Assembly: GCA_023249255.1 (NCBI GenBank)
Contig: JAHFCY010000006.1
Location: 1-32,675, forward strand
Length of the DNA stretch: 32,675 bases
DNA from: Candidatus Lindowiibacteriota bacterium
GTDB taxonomy: Bacteria; Lindowbacteria; 2-12-FULL-62-27
Reading direction: 5' to 3'
Shown: positions 26,295 to 32,675 of the stretch, piece after piece
Layout of the letters: every line of letters starts with the position of its first letter
Numbering within the stretch: position 1 is the stretch's first letter
Position numbers and translations under genes: made by a program
The notes under the pieces: generated by a model
Database searches by the model: none
What the model saw: only the letters and a program-made list of their open reading frames with translations
Told to the model about the DNA's origin: nothing

Positions 26295-27923
26295 ATGAAA
26301 TTCGATGCGCGGACAATCAGCGTTTCGTTATTGATCGCCCTCGCGGTCGGGACATACGATCTTCACTATCCAAATTACGCGCCCGACCAGCACATTTTCG
26401 GGACGATGCTTCTCAAGGACAAACATCCCGACCTGTTCACCCGCGATTTTTTTTTCGGCGACCCGGCCAATTACGGCCACTACGTGCCCTGCTATCGCTC
26501 CCTCGCCGGATGGGTCGTCGGTGACTCGGAAGGCGAGGACCTTCTATTCCGGTACAATCTGCTTTTATTTCCCACCCTGTTTTTTTTCGTCTGGGGATTC
26601 CACCGACTGTTTTTCCGCCTGACGGGCAACGCAGCGGCAAGTTGGGCTGTCACAGCCGCGGCCGTCGTGAGTCGCCAGTCTCTTTCGGTGAACCAGTTCG
26701 GCATCGGACTTCACGATTCCATGGTGGCCTACAAAGTGTTTCTTGCGGCCGTGCCATGGATTCTCGATCTTACGCTTCGGCGCGCGTTTCATCGGACCGA
26801 CCTGCTGGTCTCGTTTTTTCTTCTGGGACTCGTCTCCAATTTTCATCCGATTCTCGGGCTCGGATTCGCCGGCATTCTGGCCCTTTCGCTGGCGGGGGTT
26901 ATCCGGCCGAAAGTAATCGTCGCCTCCACTCTTGTCTCAAGTCTTTCTCTTTTTGTCGCCGGCTTTGCGCCCTATATCATCCTCTATCTGCGACACGCGT
27001 CGCCCGTGACGGATAAACCGTTTACGGCTTCCGAATTCTGGACGGCTTTCTCGACGAACTGGGGATATCTGCCGGTGTCACTCCTCGGATTGCGGGCATT
27101 TCTCATGGATTCCATTTTCCTCATCGTGTTTTCCCTCATCGGATGGCGGGCAGTTCGGAGGAATCACGGCTCATGGGACGCGACTCCGGCGCCGGCGAGA
27201 TTTTTTGTCTGGTTTGCGGCGGCGGCCGTGTTTCTGCCTGTTCTGGTCAGCGCGGCTCTTCAGGCGCAAAGCCTGCTCTTGGATCGGCCGCCCATCATCG
27301 GCCTCGAACCCATGCGCTGGACCGCATTCCTGTATGTTCCCCTGTACGTTCTGTCCGCGCATTTTTTGTCCGGGGCGCGCGCGGGTGATATCCCGTGGGG
27401 ACGCATGTCGCGCCGGACGCTTTTTATCGTCGCTGTCTTCCCGCTCTTTATTCAAAAAGAGTTCCCCGGAAGGCTGATTTTCCGTGAGGCGTTGATCCGA
27501 ACCGGCATCTATTCCGAAAAACGGACCGCCGCCATTGAACGGGACAACGAGCGCCGTAATGACCTGCTTGCAGTGGCGCAATGGGCGCGTTCCACCACGC
27601 CCGTTGACGCCCTGTTCTTTCATCCTCATTACGATTTCCGGTTTTACTCCCAGCGCGCCGTGGTCATCGGCTGGAAAGACGGATCGATGTTCACCCGCGC
27701 CGGATCGAAAAAAACCCGCGAGTGGCTCGATCGCGCAGGCCGCGTACGGGAAGCGATCGACTCGAAAGATGCCCAACGTGTATTCAACACGGCGGGCGAA
27801 ATGGGCTGCGACTTCGTTATTTTGCGCGAGGGCGAAGGGCCGCAGGACGGAATCGGATCGCCGGTGTTTCAAAATCAGACGTACCGGGTCTATCGGGTGG
27901 CAGACGATGCCGGAAAAAGTTAG
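26295..27923 (+). CDS. Polytopic membrane protein, putative GT-C-type transferase
   Basis: 542 aa; multiple hydrophobic segments, DQH and FTRDFF loop after TM1, NFHPILG, soluble C-terminal domain (WARSTTPVDALF...FRFYSQR); follows a polyprenyl-P GT2. Confidence 0.6.
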   Translation: MKFDARTISVSLLIALAVGTYDLHYPNYAPDQHIFGTMLLKDKHPDLFTRDFFFGDPANYGHYVPCYRSLAGWVVGDSEGEDLLFRYNLLLFPTLFFFVWGFHRLFFRLTGNAAASWAVTAAAVVSRQSLSVNQFGIGLHDSMVAYKVFLAAVPWILDLTLRRAFHRTDLLVSFFLLGLVSNFHPILGLGFAGILALSLAGVIRPKVIVASTLVSSLSLFVAGFAPYIILYLRHASPVTDKPFTASEFWTAFSTNWGYLPVSLLGLRAFLMDSIFLIVFSLIGWRAVRRNHGSWDATPAPARFFVWFAAAAVFLPVLVSAALQAQSLLLDRPPIIGLEPMRWTAFLYVPLYVLSAHFLSGARAGDIPWGRMSRRTLFIVAVFPLFIQKEFPGRLIFREALIRTGIYSEKRTAAIERDNERRNDLLAVAQWARSTTPVDALFFHPHYDFRFYSQRAVVIGWKDGSMFTRAGSKKTREWLDRAGRVREAIDSKDAQRVFNTAGEMGCDFVILREGEGPQDGIGSPVFQNQTYRVYRVADDAGKS

Positions 27924-28704
27924 AATTCCTTCTCGGCACTGGTCAGCGGATCATGAGGACATGCTCGAGGAATCGACGCGGGACCACGCGATTGACGTGG
28001 CGTCCCGCCGGATGGCGCTGGACGCGCTGGCCGGGAATCTTTGCGGTGGGCGCCCGGCGTATCTGGACGCCGGATGTTCGACCGGATGGCTCGTGGAGGA
28101 TGTGCGGTGGAGACATCCAGCCGCGTGGATCGTCGGCGCCGATCCATTCCTGTCGGGACTTCGAAAACTCCGCGGGAGGCTTGGCGATGTTCGAACGGTG
28201 CAATTTGACCTCTGCCGGGCGCCGTTTGCCGGCGAATCATTTGACGCAATATCGTGTCTGAACGTGCTGGAGCACATTGAGGAGGATGTTCAGGCCCTGC
28301 GGCAGATTCGCCGGATGCTGAAACCGGATGGCGGGGCATTCATCATGGTCCCGGCTGGGCCGGGACTGTTCGATTATTACGACGAAGTTCACCAGCATGT
28401 TCGGCGATACGGTTGCGGAGAATTTCAGAGCAAACTGGCGGCGGCCGGATTGACAGTCCGGCGTCTTTCGTATCTTGGCGTGTTGTTGTATCCGGCGTTT
28501 TATGCCGCCAAAAAAATGGGCCAATGGAAAATGCGTGGAAAAACGATGGATGAAAAACGTCAGCAGGTTTTGAAAAACATCGGCCGGACGTCCGGTTCGT
28601 GGATGGCGGGCGCAGCACTCGCGCTGGAGCGGAAACTTTCGGCTGTCCTTCCCCAGCGGTTCGGCATCCGGCTTTGCGCCAGCGTCAGGCGGGCGGCGGC
28701 ATGA
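27907..28704 (+). CDS. Class I SAM-dependent methyltransferase
   Basis: 265 aa from ATG 27907; LDAGCSTG, FDAISCLNVLEHI, LKPDG, HVRRY. Confidence 0.88.
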   Translation: MPEKVRIPSRHWSADHEDMLEESTRDHAIDVASRRMALDALAGNLCGGRPAYLDAGCSTGWLVEDVRWRHPAAWIVGADPFLSGLRKLRGRLGDVRTVQFDLCRAPFAGESFDAISCLNVLEHIEEDVQALRQIRRMLKPDGGAFIMVPAGPGLFDYYDEVHQHVRRYGCGEFQSKLAAAGLTVRRLSYLGVLLYPAFYAAKKMGQWKMRGKTMDEKRQQVLKNIGRTSGSWMAGAALALERKLSAVLPQRFGIRLCASVRRAAA

Positions 28705-29630
28705 ACATTCTGATCACCGGTGTCGCAGGATTCATCGGGTCGAATCTGGCCCGCGAACTTCTGACGCAGAGACACTCCGTGGCCGGTATCGACAATCTTT
28801 CGGCTGGAACGCGGGAGAATGTGCCGGCCGGCGTTCGACTCCACGTTCACGATATCCGGGATGAGTCGATCGCAGAATTATTTCGTGGCGTTGACGCCGT
28901 CTACCATCTCGCCGCCAAAAACTGCCTGACCGACTGTATGAACAATCCGGTTGAAACTGCCGACATCAACGTCCGCGGCACGGCCAACGTGCTGGAGTGC
29001 GCCCGACGCGCCGGCGTGAAAAAATTCGTCTACGCCGACTCATCAGCCGAGTACGAAGGTCTGCAGGAATTTCCATCGACGGTCGACCACATCGCGCCGG
29101 AAGGCATTTACGCCTCAAGCAAACGCGGCGGCGCGCTGTTGTGTGAAAGTTATCGGAAATTTTTCGGAATGAACGTGACGATCCTCCGGTATTTCAACGT
29201 TTACGGTCCCGCGCAGGATTTTCGCCGCGTGATCCCTCCCGTCATGAGCGCGTTCATCCTCAAAATGCTGAACGGTGAGCCGCCCGTCATTTACGGCACG
29301 GGCGACAAACGGCGCGACTATATCTACGTGGACGACGTGAATCGCTTTCAGATCCTCACGCTCACGGACACCAGGACAAACGGCCGGACTTACAACGTCG
29401 GGTCGGGCGTCAGTCACTCCGTCAAGGATGTATTTCGGATGATTGAAGACGAAATGAAAACTGGATTAAAACCGATTCACAAACCGGAACTGCCAAACGA
29501 CGTCGACAACACGCTCGCCGACATCACGCGCGAACGCGCACTGGGATGGGCCCCGCAGGTCAACATTCAGGAAGGCATCCGACGCACGATCGAATATTTG
29601 AAATCCAAATTGCACGCAACACGAACATGA
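28701..29630 (+). CDS. NAD-dependent NDP-sugar epimerase/dehydratase
   Basis: 309 aa from ATG 28701 (ATGA overlap); TGVAGFIGS, YASSK, RYFNVYGP, RDYIYVDD. Confidence 0.92.
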   Translation: MNILITGVAGFIGSNLARELLTQRHSVAGIDNLSAGTRENVPAGVRLHVHDIRDESIAELFRGVDAVYHLAAKNCLTDCMNNPVETADINVRGTANVLECARRAGVKKFVYADSSAEYEGLQEFPSTVDHIAPEGIYASSKRGGALLCESYRKFFGMNVTILRYFNVYGPAQDFRRVIPPVMSAFILKMLNGEPPVIYGTGDKRRDYIYVDDVNRFQILTLTDTRTNGRTYNVGSGVSHSVKDVFRMIEDEMKTGLKPIHKPELPNDVDNTLADITRERALGWAPQVNIQEGIRRTIEYLKSKLHATRT

Positions 29631-30634
29631 TCGTCACACGCACGCCCTTTCGAATTCCGCTCGGCGGAGGCGGGACCGATCTGCCGTCGTTCTACAAACA
29701 AGAAGGCGGCTTCGTCTTCAGCGCCGGGATAGACAAGTACATGTTCATCTGCGTGAACCAGCCGATCGTCGATGATCTCGTCCGACTCAAATATTCCAAG
29801 ACCGAGATGGTCGAATCGGTCGATGATGTCCAGCACGAGCTGGCGCGCGAGGCGCTCAAACGGCTCGGGTTCAAAAATTCCATCGAGATTGTTTCGATGG
29901 CCGACGTGCCGGCCGGAACGGGGCTCGGCTCATCAAGCTGTTATCTGGTCGGCCTTCTCAATGCCCTCCACACCCTGCGGCGCGAGTTTGTTTCGTTGAA
30001 GGACCTGGCCGAGGAAGCCTGTGACATCGAATTAAATACCCTCAAAAAACCGATTGGCAAACAGGATCAGTACATGGCCGCATTCGGCGGTCTCACGACA
30101 CTTGATATCTCCCCGGATGGAAAAGTCACGGTCGGTAACGTCCAGCTGAGCCGCGGCGTGATCGATGACCTTGAAAAAAACATGCTCATCTTTTTCACCG
30201 GAACGATGCGAAACGCACTGGACATCCTCGGCGATCAGAGTCGCGCAACTGAGCAGAAAAACAAAACCGTCGTCGGCAGCCTCGCAAAAATCAAGGATAT
30301 CGGACTGCGGATCAGGGAAGCGGTCGAGACCGGCAATTTGACGCGCTTTGGTCGGCTCATGGACGAACACTGGCAGTACAAAAAACAATTGTCCTCAAAA
30401 GTGAGCGACGCGAAGTTTGACCGTCTTTACGAGATCGCCAAATCCAACGGGGCACTCGGCGGAAAAATAACGGGAGCGGGGGGTGGCGGTTTTTTTGTGT
30501 TTTATGTCGAAGGCAACGCAAGCCGTCTGAGGCACGCTCTGGCCCAGGAAGGACTGCGCGAGATGCGGTACCGGTTCGATTTCGAAGGCACGAAGGTCAT
30601 ATCGAATTTTTTGAATTACCGCGTCGCCGGGTGA
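29627..30634 (+). CDS. GHMP kinase, HddA/LmbP-like (heptose-7-phosphate 1-kinase)
   Basis: 335 aa from ATG 29627; TPFRIPLGGGGTD, PAGTGLGSSS, IGKQDQY, GAGGGGF. Confidence 0.92.
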   Translation: MIVTRTPFRIPLGGGGTDLPSFYKQEGGFVFSAGIDKYMFICVNQPIVDDLVRLKYSKTEMVESVDDVQHELAREALKRLGFKNSIEIVSMADVPAGTGLGSSSCYLVGLLNALHTLRREFVSLKDLAEEACDIELNTLKKPIGKQDQYMAAFGGLTTLDISPDGKVTVGNVQLSRGVIDDLEKNMLIFFTGTMRNALDILGDQSRATEQKNKTVVGSLAKIKDIGLRIREAVETGNLTRFGRLMDEHWQYKKQLSSKVSDAKFDRLYEIAKSNGALGGKITGAGGGGFFVFYVEGNASRLRHALAQEGLREMRYRFDFEGTKVISNFLNYRVAG

Positions 30635-30637
30635 TCC

Positions 30638-31354
30638 ATGAAAGCCATGGTCCTTGCCGCGGGCCGCGGCACGCGTCTGAAACCGTTCACGGACAATATG
30701 CCCAAGCCCATGATTCCTGTTGCAGGCCGACCGATCCTCGAACACATCGTGATCCAGCTTCGTGACGTCGGATTCACCGATCTCGTCATCAACCTCCATT
30801 ACCACCCGGAGGCGATCACGGAACACTTCGGCAACGGCGACAAATTCGGCGTCCGAATACACTACTCGCGCGAAACGGCACTTCTCGGCACGGCCGGCGC
30901 GGTCAAAAAAATTCAGGATCAATTCATTGGACCCTTTCTCGTCTATTACGGTGACAATTACGTCGAAATCGATCTCGATCAATTCGTTCGTGCGCACCAC
31001 GACGCGGCACCGGTCGCCACAATCGCGGTTTTTCCATGCGACAATCCGAGCATGTCCGGGATCGCGCGTGTGGACGACGGACAAAATATCGTCGAGTTTG
31101 TCGAAAAACCTGTGCCCGGATCCAATGCGGGAAATCTGGCCAACGCCGGCGTCTACATCCTTAATCCGGGTGTCCTCAAGGCCATCCCCGCAGACCGGCC
31201 CTCCGACTTCGGCCATGATATCTTTCCGGAACTTCTGCGGCAGGGACAAAACCTGAAAGCTTTCATGCTTTCGGGACGTGTGATCGGTGTCGACACACCC
31301 GAACTGCACACACGGCTGGAACGATACCTCTCCGGCCGGAAACGGCACGCCTGA
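30638..31354 (+). CDS. Sugar-1-phosphate nucleotidyltransferase (HddC / mannose-1-P guanylyltransferase-like)
   Basis: 238 aa; LAAGRGTRL, PKPM, LGTAGA, YGD, FVEKP, NAGVY. Confidence 0.92.
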   Translation: MKAMVLAAGRGTRLKPFTDNMPKPMIPVAGRPILEHIVIQLRDVGFTDLVINLHYHPEAITEHFGNGDKFGVRIHYSRETALLGTAGAVKKIQDQFIGPFLVYYGDNYVEIDLDQFVRAHHDAAPVATIAVFPCDNPSMSGIARVDDGQNIVEFVEKPVPGSNAGNLANAGVYILNPGVLKAIPADRPSDFGHDIFPELLRQGQNLKAFMLSGRVIGVDTPELHTRLERYLSGRKRHA

Positions 31355-31383
31355 TTGAAATCTTCAGCTCCAGCGGTTATCTT
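31355..31383 (+). promoter_or_regulatory. Putative internal sigma70 promoter upstream of the SIS isomerase
   Basis: TTGAAA (31355-31360), 17 nt, TATCTT (31378-31383), 9 nt to ATG 31393, filling the 38-bp gap. Confidence 0.45.
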
Positions 31384-31392
31384 AGACGTCCT

Positions 31393-31995
31393 ATGAGCAA
31401 TCGAAATTACATTGACGCGTACATGACCGGCTGTGTCGAGATCGTGCAACGAATTGACCGTGCCGACATCGACCGTGTAATCGATCATCTCTACACGGCG
31501 TGGGAGAAGGGCCGGCGGATCTTCATTTTTGGAAACGGTGGTTCGGCCGGCACGGCGTCACACTTCGCGGCTGACCTCAACAAATGCACGGTCATTGAGG
31601 GCAAAAAGCGGATCAAGGTCATGAGCCTGGTCGACAGCATGCCGTGGGTCAGCGCGCTCACCAACGACGACGGCTGGGACAACGTCTACGTCGAACAGAT
31701 GAAAAACTTCTTCGAGCCCGGCGACGTCGCGCTGGCGTTGAGTGTCCACGGCGGATCGGGAAGCGATAAAGCCGGTCTCTGGTCGCAAAATCTTCTGAAA
31801 GGTCTTCAGTACGCCAGGGATCACCAGGGCGTCGCGCTCGGGTTCAGCGGATTTGACGGCGGCGCAATGAAACAGATGGCCCACGCCTGCGTGGTCGTGC
31901 CCTACAATACGACGCCGCACGTCGAGTCGTTTCACGTCGTCCTTCATCATCTCGTGACGTTCTGCCTCGCCGACCGGATTTGCCGGTCGGATTGA
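31393..31995 (+). CDS. gmhA: SIS-domain phosphoheptose isomerase-like protein (divergent GmhA)
   Basis: 200 aa; GNGGSAGTASHFAADL, SALTND, GFDGG, VESFHVVLHH. Confidence 0.88.
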   Translation: MSNRNYIDAYMTGCVEIVQRIDRADIDRVIDHLYTAWEKGRRIFIFGNGGSAGTASHFAADLNKCTVIEGKKRIKVMSLVDSMPWVSALTNDDGWDNVYVEQMKNFFEPGDVALALSVHGGSGSDKAGLWSQNLLKGLQYARDHQGVALGFSGFDGGAMKQMAHACVVVPYNTTPHVESFHVVLHHLVTFCLADRICRSD

Positions 31996-32016
31996 TTCTT
32001 CGGAGGCGGACTTCCC

Positions 32017-32556
32017 TTGACCGGACGCCGCGCCGTGTTTCTCGATCGCGACGGCGTGCTCAACCGCCAGATTCTCAAAGATGGGAAACCCGAAATGCTC
32101 GCAACCCTCGACGATTTTGAATGGCTGCCTGGCGTGATCGAGTCACTTGAGAAATTGCGCGCGGCGGAACTCGCCCTCATCGTTGTCACCAACCAACCGG
32201 ACGTTTCACGGGGCAGGCTTTCCGCTGAAACGCTGGAGAAGATTCACGACAAGATGCGCGCGACCTTTCCATTCGACGGCATCTACACGTGTCCGCACGA
32301 GGATAAAGACGGATGTGATTGCAGGAAACCGAATCCGGGTTTGATCGTTCGCGCCGCGGCCGACCACGGCATCGATCCGGCGGCATCGTTTCTCGTCGGA
32401 GACCGGGATCGGGACATCGGGGCGGGATTCGCGGCCGGATGCGTGACGGTCTTGATCCAGCATCCCTATTCCGGCGAGGTCACCGCCGATTACACCGTCC
32501 GGGATTTGCCGTCCGCCACGGACATCATCCTGCGGCTTTGCCGGAATCATTTGTGA
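32017..32556 (+). CDS. gmhB: HAD-IIIA heptose-bisphosphate phosphatase
   Basis: 179 aa; FLDRDGVLN, VTNQ, CPH...CDCRKP zinc motif, VGDRDRD. Confidence 0.93.
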   Translation: MTGRRAVFLDRDGVLNRQILKDGKPEMLATLDDFEWLPGVIESLEKLRAAELALIVVTNQPDVSRGRLSAETLEKIHDKMRATFPFDGIYTCPHEDKDGCDCRKPNPGLIVRAAADHGIDPAASFLVGDRDRDIGAGFAAGCVTVLIQHPYSGEVTADYTVRDLPSATDIILRLCRNHL

Positions 32557-32675
32557 ATCTGAATTTCTACAAGTTTTACATCGGCAAACGTCTTTTCGCG
32601 CGGCACTTTCGCCGGGCGGCAGGACTCCTCCAAACGCCGGTGCTCGACATTGGCGCGGGCGCCGCGCCGTTTCGC
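32553..32675 (+). CDS. Partial class I SAM-dependent methyltransferase (5' end)
   Basis: Not in the ORF track. GTG at 32553 (GTGA overlap) gives MNLNFYKFYIGKRLFARHFRRAAGLLQTPVLDIGAGAAPFR, open to the window end; VLDIGAG is SAM motif I. Confidence 0.75.
   Translation, partial: MNLNFYKFYIGKRLFARHFRRAAGLLQTPVLDIGAGAAPFR

Noticed and set aside
17318-29626. N-terminal extensions in the ORF track (starts 17318, 18628, 20993, 27535, 28599, 29546) suggesting fusions or frameshifts
   Set aside because: Each family domain begins at a downstream ATG/GTG overlapping or near the previous stop; the extensions are off-frame readings of upstream genes.
30395-31348. 317-aa minus-strand ORF
   Set aside because: Antisense shadow of the kinase and nucleotidyltransferase genes.
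14612-32675. A true lincosamide antibiotic cluster
   Set aside because: No alkylproline, condensation, mycothiol/ergothioneine-transfer or resistance genes seen; context is envelope glycosylation.

Overview
GC-rich bacterial window occupied almost entirely by a glycan/rare-sugar biosynthesis and modification island; the organism cannot be determined from this sequence. Left part: (i) + strand operon of DegT aminotransferase, fatty acyl-AMP ligase, ACP, short LbH acyltransferase and SGNH protein; (ii) - strand operon of a small SxtK/DUF5989-like peptide, GtrB/ArnC-like GT2, YfhO-like membrane protein, NodU/CmcH carbamoyltransferase and CysQ/IMPase; (iii) a GT2, an AAA+/DUF4143-type ATPase with a palindromic promoter, and an SDR. 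Right part (14612 to end): an ~18 kb co-directional, mostly translationally coupled run encoding transaldolase, three NDP-sugar epimerase/dehydratases, a reversed HldE-like nucleotidyltransferase-kinase, a Gfo/Idh/MocA oxidoreductase, a Cys-less NDP-sugar dehydrogenase homolog, two DegT aminotransferases, a ThDP E1 alpha/beta pair, a polyprenyl-phosphate GT2, a membrane protein, methyltransferases, and HddA/HddC/GmhA/GmhB-like enzymes. By family, this set matches the lincosamide GDP-octose/lincosamine pathway (LmbR,N,P,K,O,M,L,Z,S), suggesting (inference) an amino-heptose/octose, possibly branched, made for a surface glycan. Two related decamer-periodic palindromic intergenic elements and several leaderless-type promoters are also visible. 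No rRNA, tRNA, CRISPR array or transposase was seen. All family calls rest on motif recognition by eye, not on database searches.
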